Positions 23,843-38,800 of a stretch of 64,000 nucleotides of DNA are shown in pieces. The notes under the pieces are model-generated. The model worked only from the letters and a program-made list of their open reading frames with translations, was not told where the DNA came from and searched no databases. Position numbers and translations under genes: made by a program. Where the stretch lies: positions 351,502 to 415,501 of the forward strand of contig NW_002060975.1 of NCBI RefSeq assembly GCF_000150275.1, given 5' to 3'. The DNA comes from Trichoplax adhaerens. Taxonomy: Eukaryota > Animalia > Placozoa. The stretch's first letter is position 1, and every line of letters starts with the position of its first letter.

Positions 23843-26800
23843 TGCTGTCATTGCTACTGTATCTCATGTTGGATTTGTTGAACAAGCGTTATGTCAAGTT
23901 TGGTCATTTTCCTACTGCTAAAAGAACCTTAGACATGTTCATTTGACTTGTCAAGTGGTTCAAACGATGAAATTCATGACAGCACTGTCGATTATTAATA
24001 GGGCGGAAACTGTTATGCATATATCGATGTGGAGAGGAAAAAAACTTCATAGCACACAGCTGTACAGTACTCTACTCTACTGCTCGGTACAACTGTGACG
24101 TAGTTATGCGCTTCACCCTCTTCCTTCCAGCCGGCCTCGGTACTCTGGTCGAGGGGGAGTTGACAATGCTTCACCTGTGTCATGACGGCCGTGACGCATA
24201 GCGGTGTTTTTTTTGTCATACCTTGATGGGTATGACGCGTCTTGAACACTGACTCGACAGTAAGCTTCATAATCCCTAGAGTACGCTCGCATCTATTCAC
24301 CCTGATTGGAAACTATGGATACGCGACCATTGCTGTCGGGGCGGATAGAAAGAAGAAGCAAGGCCTTCTACAGCAATGGACTAGAGTAAATGCTAATCCA
24401 TGACTTGCTGCTTTCTTCCAAAAATAGACAATAATAATAAATCATGATGCCACCAATTGACGGATGCATGTCTCGTGTTGTCGTCTAAAAGTAGAAAGTT
24501 GGACAAACACCATTTGATCCAACATGTTACGGTAGTGGTTAAGCCTTGTCGTCGTTCAATCGACTTGAGCGATTTGACAGCATTGCATGATAACGATATC
24601 AAGGTATAGTTGACAAATGACCAAATTTGATCAAGAAAATATGGCAATTTTATGCTTCTCATCTTAGGGTCATCACGGCATCTCCACTTCATTGATTTAT
24701 TTATTTATTCAATTAAATTTCACGCAAGCAAAAGCGAACCATCAGCAATCGACACAGTCGTTCAATCGTTATTAAAGTAGCCATATCTATTTTCGTACTC
24801 ATGACTATTTAATGCAATATCGCATAAGTGATCGCAAATCGTTCAATCAGTGACATAAGTTAATACTCTTTGGCCCCTTTTTTGCTACCGTGCTATCTCG
24901 GATAATTCAATTGGATACTGTATTGACATTGGCGTTACTTGAATTAGTTATAACAACAAATGATACTGAAAATATTGTAACCTATTCTAGTAGCCTTTGA
25001 GAAACTGTATAGGTCATCGCCTTACAGTACAGTATATTAAAAAAAATAGATGAGTCAACGTGCAAAGTAGTTATGCTTGTTGTTTGTGTAATGAAATCAG
25101 GCAAACTTGATTTCTTTCTCTCCTGGCTCATAGCCTGTTGTATTACGATTAGTGTTGTCGATATGATACACTTTGCATTTTCTAGCTATCATAAATGAAA
25201 CACTGACAACGTTCTCATCGAGCACTCGTATCTCCAATTCTGTTGTTTTTATACCAGTTTTATGGACGCTATTAGCGTCTACAATCGAATCTTGTCTACC
25301 ATTAAAAAATTAAACCTACAGAGTGTTGCCGTGGCTGGGTAATGGAATTGTACATCATTGACATGGCATACAATAGGTCTAAATACCGTTGTAAGTACTA
25401 ATTGCTCTATGAGATGAGTCAACAAAGCTTTCATTTTAACTTTTGAATCCCTGTCTGTTTTCATAATTCGCTCACCTTGAGATTGGATGATAAAGTCATA
25501 TTCGCAAAACATTCTTTTGACTATAAATCTGTAAAATTTGTAAACTAGTTGTACAGTACACATATGGATTGTGTTGCACTGGATGCATATCCACCTATGA
25601 AGCCATTACTTCACTATCCGTAACGCTACTTGACTACGACTATATTGAATGTTGGCGGATTAATCCGTAAAGTAAACGTAAATAAAATAATAACTAAAAC
25701 AAATAACGATGCCAAAATAAACTTAGCATCGAAGGTTATTAAATAGCGGACTAGAGTATACCGAATGTCTACGCTGATTCAAATAAAGTTATACAACCAC
25801 ATAGCCAGATATTTCTATGTAATGACTACTATTACTAAGCAGACAGTAGACTACAAGATCAAGAAATGAAGTACTTGATAGCTATCATCTTGCAAGCTTG
25901 CCAACGTTATGTTATATCAAACTCTTATAAAGAGAGCGAATGAAAGAAGTCTTCTATTACCTACAATTGTTGGAGGTTGTGGCTGGTGAAACGACGATAG
26001 TAAACTCTTCTAATATTCAGATATAGTAGTCCTTAATTCAAGCTTCTAAACTATTCCAACAGTAGACTGCCGCTCCCAAATGATATCAAATGGATAGCTA
26101 ATGATTGAACGACGCTATCATAAATCGATAATATAAGACTGGTAAATGAGTATGAAGTCAATGAGAAATCATACTATTTGTTTGGAGACTCCATAGCCTT
26201 CTCTGTACCAATTCATTATTAACGACTCTCATGAGTCACAATGGGCATAGTCTTTATAATGACTTCAGGACTATGTTTATAATTTTCGATAGTTCTTTAG
26301 AGGCTAAGTGAAGCTACTGTTAAAATTTAAAATAATTATTTGCGTGTTGAAATCTACAGCTCTAGAACAATTTCTACAACAATTATGAATTATTCAGAAA
26401 GAGAATAAACTATGTTTATTGGCACGTTTCGACCATTTTAAACTCATCGCCTAAACTTTAGCCCCTAAAATGTAACCAACGTTTATTGTTGTATTCTACC
26501 ACACAAGCATATGAAAATATTCGTAGCAGTAATGAATTTCTAATTTACGGTGTTACTACAGCATTTGTAGCATTATAAACTGACAACATAATTTAATCCT
26601 TGGGATTACGGAACTCTCAATGATACACTCTTCTCGTGGCCGGATCCTGTTGACGGATTGCATTTGATGAAGTCAACTTTCCATACTACTTGTACAGTAC
26701 AAACTTCAAAATTGATCACTGACAACTGTGACTTGCTCGCCCATTACGGTACTATTTAATATTTTGAACTTATTGTCGACATAACTGAATCCTGGAGAAT

Positions 26801-29800
26801 ACTGTATAGTCAAGTACACAGTTGTCGTTGTACTTGATTATTTTTCAAATTTCTACTAATAATGAAACTACTACTCAATACTAGAATATAAGCCGATAAT
26901 ACAGTGTATAATATTGGTAAACAACTAGACATCGTATAAGAACTATACTAAATACTATGTTAGCCCTTTTATATTATTATTTTCTTAACTGGATGACAAA
27001 AAACATTAAAGCGATCATTGTCTACGGCGTTGAGTGACCAACCGCTGTGCTGCAGGATCAGAGTAATATTTATCACTTGAACGGCCAGGACATAAATAGT
27101 TACTTGTATGAATAAAAAAAATAATAAAATATCAAAAGAATCTGGGATCGTTAAGGATTCAAGTTAAATCGCAGCATTGTATTTTAGCACAGTGAAATCT
27201 GTAGTCAATGATATGTAATATCATAATCAAAGCTTACCTTCTTTAATCTTTATCGTTATTTAACTGACACATTTCTTTCAAGTAAAATAGACGGATTATT
27301 CTGAAATCAAAAGTACACTTCAGAGGTAATGACTTTACGAGTTGGAGAGCTCCTATTATTCCCTTATTTACTTATTAGCATGCTATGAGTATGTTGTTGT
27401 ATAGCATCGCATCAAAGATACTAAATTACTGCTAAGAGTAGTATTTTCAACTCGCCTCATGTCAGAAACGATCATTGATCACGCCGAGACAGTTTAAGTT
27501 TGTAGCTCATTTATAGCATCCTTCAGTCAAAAATATGATCAATATTTAATAAAATTCCTTACAATTAACTCTAGATCATGGGATGATACAGCTTTGTTGA
27601 TGATGCTGGAATAATTTTAAAATGTGATTACACGATCAAGCGATAATGAGAAAACAACATCTTTGTTTATTTTATAAGAAAAAGGAGTTATTGTTACCAT
27701 TTTCTTAAAATTATCTATTGTACATTAACAAGGATAATTTGCAATAACTATAGCTAAAATTATTATAGCATTGTAACTGGCATACGCCTACAGTCGATGC
27801 TGCAACTAGAAATGCACTTTCGATAAAATTTCATTTTGCAATCTTAGCAACAATCGTTACAGCTCTTGTTGTCAATTATTTGGTATGTTATCACCATTAT
27901 TTCGACAAGCAAGTACTTCTCTATGACATAACGATAAACTATAACTATACAAGTATGTGATGACCGCTTGTCTGACTAACTTTCATATGACAGTATCTGT
28001 TCCCGGCTAAAGCTATAAAATGAGTAACCATCATAATTAAGCAAAATATAAGAAAAAGTTACAACACCAACTGACGCAACTATGATGTTTACTTTCAACA
28101 AGTTACTATCGAATTCATTGGTCTAAATGATGATAATTACTAAACTACTTTAGAATTTCAAACTCGCATTAGAGGTCATGGTCAGCTAATTAACATATCG
28201 GGGAATCATCATAGCATGTGAATATTATTTGACATAAAACCTTCCTGTGTGTTGTAAGGTAATTGATAATTCGCTAATAGTACTAATAATTAATTCTGTC
28301 GTGTTTCCCATGTTGAATGCATGGTTCACTGTAGTACGCGATAGTTAGAGTTTACTACAATACTTTGGCATCTCATGTAACCTTCTGATCGATGGAACTT
28401 TAACTCGACCTTGGCCTTTAATTCTTAATCAGTTAAGAATACAGCAGTAACGTTATTACGTCATCGTTTTATCGGAAACTAATGCCAGTCCATCATTTGA
28501 ATTTTTAACACTGATTTCAAATGAAACTAAAAAATATTAATTCCAGTAACGTTCGTCCCAGATCTAATAATATCTACACAATCCGTACCTTTGCTATATA
28601 GTATTCGATAGCATAGATGACATGGCAAATGGTTAGCCAGTAAATACAAATTAAACTACAGTACTTATGTATTCTTTAATTAAATTAATTCACTATAGTG
28701 CAAATAGAATTTATCCTTTTCCAGTTATTAATATAATACGATGTTTTACAAGTGCACTATATTTTCTTAATTATGACTTATACTTAAACTTTCACAATTT
28801 CATTGTTAAATATTTTACTTACTACATGCTTGACAGTTAGTATTTTCCAAAGGTAGTGATTTTCTTCCCATCTTTTAACCTTCGTTATACATGGTTTACA
28901 AATAAACTATCGAAGCTTTAAACTATTTCTACTACTACAGTACAATTTGCAATAATCTCTTGTCACTAGGTAATATTACATACCATTATTAGCTGAGATC
29001 CAACGTAGCTTTTTTAAATGATATTTTATTACTTCTTGCAATACACAGTACGTGTAAAGTAACATGTCTGTAGCAGTAAAAATTAATGCTGATGGGTTGC
29101 CAATACTTGCCATATAATTACTATGTAGCTAAAGCATACTACGAATAAGAATCGTATGCAATTATTAAACTTGAAATACTGATAAGTCGATTAATCTGAT
29201 TTATTACATTTTTAATTGAACTTATCTTCAAAGTTCGCCATTAATTACATTGAATACCTTGCTGATCTCTAAATTTAGACGTTGTACGATGCTTAAGGTC
29301 ATAATCTGTTTGTCCAATGTACAAACTGATAAAATGTATTGCTATACTATACTTTGGTAATTTTAATTTTAATATATAGTATAACATATATTGATAAAAA
29401 ATTATCCGTTACATATACGGATTTCAAGGTCAAATATACTCCATTATTCATAAAATCACAATTAAAGTACTATATTTTTACCGTCCTTTTAATGTACTGA
29501 TAGAGCTCCAAAGCTTTTTCACTTAATATACAACAAGTGCATAAACTGTACGATTATACACCCGATTGACTGATGTATCATAACGAGGAAACAGATTTTT
29601 GCAATACCTGAGTATTCTGTATCGATTGTATTATAACTTGTGACTGTAATATTAAAACCTTATAGGTTATCTCACTTTTATGTATAATATTCTTATAAAT
29701 ATTACACACCATGTCTACCTTAAATAAATTAAATATCACCATGTTTTAACTGATTAATTATTAAATGTTGCTTGGTGATATAATGCACTAATGATACTTC

Positions 29801-29892
29801 TGTTTGATTTTTATGTCAACATTATAGAGCAGTACCATTGAATAACTTATTGATTACGGAAGTCAATAAGAACGATTTATTAGAAACAAAGT

Positions 29893-32800
29893 ATGGAAGA
29901 TTTGTCTACTTTATCTGGACAAGATGAGAGCAGTGCACTTATACAAAGGATTGTCACAATATTTCGGGACCAACAAAATAGCTATGGTTTTACTGTTAGT
30001 GGGGACAATCCTGTATTTGTTCAATCAGTGCGAGAAGGTAAGCATAACTATGGATATGCTCTGTAATACCTGCATTCGTTATCGAATACTGCTTAAAATT
30101 TAGTGTTATAGATTATTGTTTGTCTACAGTATAACTTACATTTATAAGTCATTCTTTAGCCAATATTATTAGATTACTTACATTAATTTATCGTTGAAAT
30201 AAACTAATTAATTGCTTTAATGCATTAGGAGTAATAAACTATTATATTATTGGTAAATATCATCATAAATATCTGTTCATGAACAACTTTATTACATTTA
30301 TATCTTTATCGGAACTTAAAATCTTGCGAAATATTATGCTACTATGATGTGTTTACGGAAAGAGTCCCATTGTAGATAAATAATATCTCCGAATTTTATT
30401 AGGTGGTCCAGCGTATAATGCCGGTATTCAACGTGGAGATAGAATTGTTAAGGTACAATAACAGTATAAGGCTACGAATATTTTGTATTATGTTTATATG
30501 ATTTACAATGTTGATTTTGATGAGATTTTACTTAATAAAGCATTTACGTTGTTTGCTATATGTTATCTAATAAGAAACGTAGCTATACAATTATGGCAGT
30601 GTACAATTGAGGGAGTCCTCTTATATTTTTATATAGCACTTGATTTTGATGTTATTTGGGCGTATTAACATTTAATTGCTTACTACCTTTATATTGTATT
30701 ACACATCTGAAACAGAATGAGATATTTCTCAATAGATATAGGATATCGTTAACATCTGCCCATATATATATATATATATTTGAATAGATTTACAGTAATC
30801 TATTGTGTCTAAACATTTTTTCGTTGTGTAGGTCAATAAGAAATTAGTCACTCATGCACATCACCAAGATGTTGTTCAAATGATTAAAGGTATCAAGTTA
30901 AAATCTAGGTCAATCTATGATTAGTTCTTTTATCATTTAAGACTAGTATAGCTAAATATAGATTCAATCTTCTATATGATGTGATAGTAAAATATGAATA
31001 TAGCTCGACAGGGTTACACAAACTAGCTCAGTTGTTGAATGTAGATAAAATTAGCATGATCGGTTGTAGTCAATTGTTATTCGATATACGATAATATTTA
31101 TAGTTATTCACTTTCACATGGACTTACCTAAACGTTTGAATATCGTACATATGATATCTCCCGGTAAAACTCAGGAAATTGCTACATTCAATTTATACAG
31201 CATTGCGTTTATGATATTTTTTACCATATACCGATAGTCATCCGTTTACACCACATCTTATCTTATAGGTGTTGAAAGCGTGACTCTAACACTATTTGGC
31301 AAGCCTTCAGCGAATCCAATCGTAGGTACGGTTACACAAACAATTAAATCCATGACTGTTGGAATGCGTGTGTATAAAATCTATCTCTGTGAAGCTTTAT
31401 ATTCTGTAGATGTAACATATATTACCGCGACTTGTTAAATTACTTTTACTCGATTATGAAAAGAGGTTAGCGGAAACAATTAACATAATCTTTTGAAGAT
31501 TTCAGTTACAACTTTAGTATAGCTAATACACTTTACTGAAACAAGATCTAAAATCAAATTCTATTGATTCAAGTAGTCATAACGAAAATCTCTATTAAAA
31601 GCTGCTTTACTACATTTTATTACCTTCCATGAATCATTATAAGTTTTCATGAAAAAGCAATACGATATTAATTTATTTATATAGTTTAATACTCGTATTG
31701 TTAAGGTTAACTTTCACTTCAGTAATGTCGCTTGTGAGTTATTACGCTTACGCTTACTTAAACACTGTTAAAAAAGATTGCTTCACAAAAAGATATTACC
31801 TATGCCTAGAGACTATGTCATTCAGGTTATATATTATCTCGCTGATAATTCCGAAGGCTACAATATGTACCTGCGATATAAACTGGAAAGTATAGCCTTG
31901 TAGTTAGCTGTTGTATGCCAGAGTACAAATTCCTGTATCATACTATCTATTGCGATACGGGGTCCGACCTCTGGTATATTAATTCTATGGCAATCAAATG
32001 CATTTTAGTTATTGAAGTAGCATGAAATATACAAATGCATATGATTTGACCACATAATTCTATTACGTCTTTTAATTGCTAAATTATTTCATCAAATTTC
32101 TAAATAATCTAATCTATAGATCTTGGATTAGTCCGTCCCCAGCCTCCCAGCGTACCGCAGGTTAATATACGCTATTAAATTTTTAAAACCTGATATATTC
32201 AATCTTACAATTAAAATTATTGTAATCTTTCATAAAAAATCTTTAGTTTGACTGTAAAGATGACTCTATACCGGAACAAATTGCCAAACTTGAAAGCATG
32301 CTTGTGAACGATGAACGATATCTTACGGTAAAAATGTTTTAAAAATCTCTTTATTCATTTTATTCCGGTTCCGAAACAATTCTTGACAATAACAATATCA
32401 ATCACTATGCAACATCGAGAAAATAATGTAACAGTTTTAATAAAATTGTAACTGATTCTAGGAAATGCAACGAGAATACGATAAAACTCAATCTCGTGAT
32501 CTACGGCCATTGGTAAGAGTTAATTGCTTGTAAATAGGCGATCGCAGAATAAGAAACAAAATTTACAATTTTCGAACTGTGTGTTTTTGTGCTTAGCTTC
32601 ACGATCTATTAGGAAGAAAAACTGCTTTAGAAAAACGGTTAAAATCGCTGAGAGCCTCATTAAATCAAGAAAAAACCACTACAGAGGTAAATGCAGTCAT
32701 TTATTATAGATTCTATTATGATACAACATTTTAAGGTGTAGAATCTACTTGATTTTTAAGCAATTTTTATCATTTTATCTCGTATTGATAACTGTACTGA

Positions 32801-35800
32801 TTGGATCGTAATCTATTAATTTACTAACACAGACTCAAGCTGATGCTACTTCCACAGAAAAGAGAGTAAGTAGTGAAGATGTATCATCAACTACAACGAA
32901 ATTAAAGACGGAAGAAGCAAGTCCAAATAGTAATCATGTAGCTCATCAAATTTCTGAGCCGGTATGTCTGGATATTATAGGCGTGGCATTTTATATTTTT
33001 ATCTAAATTGTATTATTCGCTCGTGTTTGTGTTTACTCTAAACAGACAGTTAATCCATCACGTCTGACACCTCCCGACAGTCCTAAAGGTATTTCTCTCT
33101 GATATCGGACGTAACCGTACAAAATCTAAAATAATTCATTCTTAATTTAATTTTAATGTGAATATATTACTGTCTACACCTTAAGTTTTGTGTTATTCTA
33201 CATCATTATAATTAATTTGTCTTGTACATAGTACCACCTGCGTATGGCACTGCGAATGGTACTGGCAAGCAAACCTATTTAAACATAATAACTGCTGAAG
33301 ATGACGAATTTGACACCGATTCTGATGAGGTTTAACATGCCCATAATACAGATTAATTAAATTTTATTATCAGTAACCTATCTATAAATATGTCTTTATG
33401 TAGCCTGTGGAAGATATTGGTCCATTCTGTGATTTCAATGTTTTAAGAACTAAGCCGGGTATGATTATTGTGATTCTAGTAGCAATTCAAGTAATATGTA
33501 AATTTATCTTATGAGTTGTTTATCGCCTTACCGAATTATACCTGAGCTTGTAAAGATCAAATTTATAACATAAATATACAATAGATTAGTATGTTACAGT
33601 TTTAATTCATTAATATTCATTATTAAATTAAATTAAATACTATCTACTCGAACAATGCAGTATTTGCTTGTTACATTACTAACGAACTGTTATTCCTTTA
33701 CAGCACATATTGCGGTCTTTCTGCATTATTTAATTTCCAATAGTGACCCTAATAGCTTGGTGAGTTTGAGTTATTCATTATAAATGGCGCCAAACTGCAT
33801 TATATTGAAGCATATTCAGTTATTCTTTCGGCAATTTTTTCTTGCAATAGCTATTTTATCTCGTATCAGAAGTATACGAGAATAAATCTGGTCATTATAA
33901 AGACGTTAAAAAGTGGATTAGTGAAATTTGTACCGCATTTCTTACTCCAACCGCTGTTAGTAAATATTTATACTTGAATTTCATGATTATTACTGCGAAT
34001 TACTAAACATCTACCTTTTCATAAAAAGCCTCTGCAAATTCCAATCAAAGATGGAATTGCTCAAAGTATCGGTACGATTACATAGCATTTATTAAATTTT
34101 ATCATTTATGAATGGTGTACGGATATAGAATACACGACCATACATGTATCCTATTTGTGGACAATGTATGAAACGATCATAATTAAGATGAATGCAGACT
34201 TTATAACGTAGTACATGTATGATGTAATGTTATTTCCCCTTTGACAAATCGTTATTATTTAGAACATGTAAATTTTGATTTTCTGATAGATGATACGTTA
34301 AAAAATAAAAACATCAGCGATGAAGGATTGCGTACTATATTCTCTCCAGCACGGTAAGAATACTTTATCTTGAGACATCAATATTCTAAAATTGCTTCCA
34401 AGCTATAAGCTTTTGATTTTTGTAGGCAAATCGCGACAGATCACATTAAAGAGCAGCTACTGGATTTTAGACAAAAACGAACATTAGGGCTTGGAAGTTT
34501 ATTTGGTGATTCCGAACTTAAAAGTGCGCAATCTGTTTAACGTATTGGTAACTGGTGCATCATAGAATTTCATTTATTTTATGTATTTATGAGTTATTTA
34601 TTTCGTAGACGATATGAATAGAGATACTGAACTAAAGATCACGGAAAATACCCTTATTAATCCATTAGAATCAATACTGTGAGTATTTAGCGGCGTCTTT
34701 TATCAATCAATTTGTATAAAAAATTTGCTAGTTCATTACTAACGATAGATGTTACTTTGGACTGGACTAGGAAAGAGATTGATTCGACACCGCAAATTTC
34801 GCAAAGAGAACAAGATAGGAAGTAAATATCTTCTGTGTATAATCTAATATCTTTAATACTTACTTAATTACTGCTGTCCCATTATTAGTATGGCTATAGC
34901 AAGTTCAATTGTCACCTTCATGAAGTTTGTTGGCGTCCGAGCATCGGTAAGCTAACCTTATCTCAAGTCGATATAATATAGCACCTAAGATGATGCTGAA
35001 GCCATTTTAACTCTACTGTACACGTAGTCACCTTCGAGCCCATTGGAGAAATGTCATATGTTCGCTCAAAAAGAAAGTAAATTTAAGATAAAAACTTTAC
35101 CGAAATTATCTAAGAAGGTAAGATTATGTAATTACGTTTACCCTTTATAGCTCTACCTATGTGCAGTATTTAATTCTAATTTCGAAATAATTTAAACATT
35201 TTTAACGTTAATTTGGCAAATCCCCTAATTCAGATCCAAGTTAAAGGCCATCAGTTATGTCTTACAGCGTTTGCAAATACTACCTTTTGTGCTAACTGTA
35301 AGACTGTGATTTGGGGTATCAGTTCAAACGGATATCAATGCCAACGTAAGTTTGCTACAGTCACTGTCTTGACTGTTACGAAATTCTACTGCCATTGAGT
35401 ACACCATCGAATTTAAATGGTCACTACTTCTTAAATTCCATGTTGTATGCGTGCTAATTCATTGGAACATTCTTATAATTCTATCAATACTAATTTAAGA
35501 TTGTAATTATACTTATTTGTATGATCATAGTTTGCCATTGCAACTTTCACAAAGGACCATGCCTAGAGAGTTTAATTATAGCATGTGAAGGACCTCGGAC
35601 TAAACGTAAATTTGATCATTCTCGGGCTCCTAATATAGGCAAACGCGCAAGTCGAGAAGATCACTATGGAAGTACGCTGTTAATTTTAATATTAACTTTA
35701 AATATTTCGCAATATCGATTATAGAATTTTAATTTAAAGACAATTAACTCAACTTAAAGATCGTTCTTATAGATCTGAATTCTACTATATCGTTTATTCG

Positions 35801-38800
35801 CATTGATAATATCACTAATTAGTTTCATGTAACTAATTGTTTTGCTTCCTAATGTGTTTTGTCATACACAGTACCCGAAATAGGTAAAAATCTTGCTGAA
35901 GGTAGAAAATTGGATCTTTTAGCTGAAAACTCTGTTGGCGGTAATAATATTATCATTGAAGACGAGGAGTACACAGGGGAAAACGATGGTTAGTAGTTTA
36001 CGATTTCGCTCAAGCATCAATCTACCATCAATGCTATAACATTCTTATTGAAATGTATTTTTTTATATTACAAAGATACAACGGAAGGCTTATCTGTAGA
36101 TACTTTACATACTAACAATTCTGGAAACTTGGTAAGTTATTGATGGCCGTTACGTTTATAGTGTTATATATTACATTAATACCTTGTATCTATATTTTGC
36201 AATTAAGGCTGCTCCTGTCAATACACACTCAAGATTGTAAGCCTCTTATCGTCATAATATTCTAATCTTCTTATTATGTTAAAAAGGCAATAGAATACCT
36301 AGTTATACTATACGTAAAGAATAAGAAATTTAAGCTACATTTAAACTTTAAGAACAATACTTTGTTAAATGCCAATCAATGTGCTATTTTAATAATGCAT
36401 TATTAACCTTTTAGTGGTACCATCAGCGAAGGAATGGAAGCAAGGGATTTGTCTAGCTTGAGCTTTAGGTAAGTCTGAAATCTTTTCACTAACAGAAATT
36501 TTTGCTTGCGTTATCGTAGTATCAATAGATAATTTTTCTGTTACTCTAGTTCTCCAACCATAAGAAGAGTAAACATTGGGCGTTCAGAAAGTTGTAGAAC
36601 TACTAGGGTAATTTAAATTGACTTGCGTACCTTATTTTCTACATAATAACATTTCATTTCAATTATACAGTCGGAGATTCAAAAAAGCAGAAGAAGTATA
36701 GAGGGACTAGGCTTCCATCAAAGGCATGATTTTGATTTTGATTTTATGTTACTTTGCTTCATTTAGAAAATGTATTATAATTTTTTTTAATATTAATTTA
36801 CAGAGAGGATTCAGACTGGTCGATGTCATCCGTCGACGTGTAAGTAGTTATTACTAAGTTAAATGGATAACTTAGTTGCTAGTCTGTAACTAATTCAAAA
36901 TTTTATTCAACATTCTATTCATAGCCTCTCTGAAAAATCAGAGATACTAGAATACGTTGAAGTGTCAAGCGACGGTACCTAAAATAATTAAAAATGAATG
37001 AAGAAATTGGCTGTCTTAAAATTAAATGTGTATACCCTATCATTTAATGTATTAGATGATAATGAATCCGATTTGGATGTAAAAGCTGAAACTCCAAGTT
37101 GGCAAGACACTGTCAACAGATCGGTATACGACTAAATCTGAAATCATTTTTGAGATGAATAGGTAGTCTATCGCGCCAATCTTTTCTTTACGAAATACCT
37201 TATCTTTACGCATAGACTATTGCAAAGCTTAGTCAAAATAAGAAAGAAGTTAAAAGACAAGCTGTGATTAATGGTATGTTTATGTAACATTAAAATTGAA
37301 TCGTTAAATTATATCGACCATTATTTAACAAATAAATATACTTTTTTCTTGATGGCAATAGAGCTTATACACACTGAAAAAGTGCATGTTAGAAATTTGA
37401 AAGTTTTAAAGAGGGTATGAATAAAGCCTAATAATTATATTTTATTGCAAAGCTCTCTACAATAACGGTACTATTATCCTATCCACTAGGTGTATTACAA
37501 ACCCATGCTACGTAGCAGGCTATTTACATCTGGTTTTATCTCTCTAATGTTTCCAAATTTGATCGAACTCTTAGACTTACATAGTAGGCTCAAACATATT
37601 TCATACTAATTTCCAGTGACTCTTTCTACTGTATTCGCGCACATTTATATTTCTTACTAAATTCTACAGAATCACTATTAAGGAAAATGAAGGAACGACG
37701 AGCGAAATCTGAAATTGTGGAATTTATAGGCGATGTGATGCTGGATTCGGTATACGAATTTTACTTTTGAAATGTAGTACGGAATGCGTCAGGGAATGTT
37801 AATGCCAGTAAGTAATAATTGTCCTTTCCTCTTTATGCAATTGCAACAGTTTGATAAAAGTCCTGGTGATACCATGAAAGAAGCTTGTGCTAAATTTTGT
37901 AGCAATCAATCTACTGCTTTAGAAAAATTGAAGGTATGAAATATAGCATTAGTTGCGTTATAATCACTGAAAATGACGAAATATTTGGTATATCTGTAGC
38001 ATAATTCAAATATTTACCGTTTACTGGTAATCACATAGGTGATGCAGAGGAAAGATCAAAATATTCTATCTTTCGTTAGTGTAAGTATCCTCCGACACTA
38101 TACTAATTTTTATATTTTTTTACTATAGAGCCATTAGCAATTTTGTTTCTTATTTAATATTGTATGATGCAAATATTCATAATACTACGCACTCAATAAA
38201 TCTTACATGCGCGTGTTGCTATTTCAAAAGGAATGTGAAAATCACCCATTGTGTCGTCGTTTACGTTTGCAAGATTTAATTTCAACCGGATATAGGCGGT
38301 TGACGAAATATCCGTTATTACTAGAACAAGTTGCTAAGTACACCGCAGGTAAGGTGGTCACATATCCGATTTTGTTTGACTATTCTAATTTATTTTCCTT
38401 GCTTAGATTTAAAAAAAAATATGTAATCCCTAAATAGGTGATAAACCAGATTATAAAAACGTGCTGAAAGCAATTGAATGTACAAAGGTAAATAAAGTAA
38501 TTTTTAGCATCTTACTCTTTTATGTACTTTATGAGTTATACATTATATATACGTATGAGAGCGAGCCTTTTACTATTTTATGAACTTGTTAAATCCTTTC
38601 ACATAAGTACCTCGTGAAATTTATATTCATTTCACATATGTATTATTGTAGGAAACGTTAGCATTTGTGAATCAAAGTATTAAGGATACGGAACAGGCTC
38701 AAAAATTATTGGATATACATAAAAAATTAGATCGCCGATCACTCGATCATTCAAACAATCCTGCTATAGCTGAATTTAAGGTAATTAGTAACTTTTGCAG

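Noticed and set aside
24100-24200. Superficial resemblance to an HDV-like ribozyme (CCAGCCGGCCTCGG)
   Set aside because: I could not build the nested double pseudoknot; kept only as a generic structured-RNA candidate.
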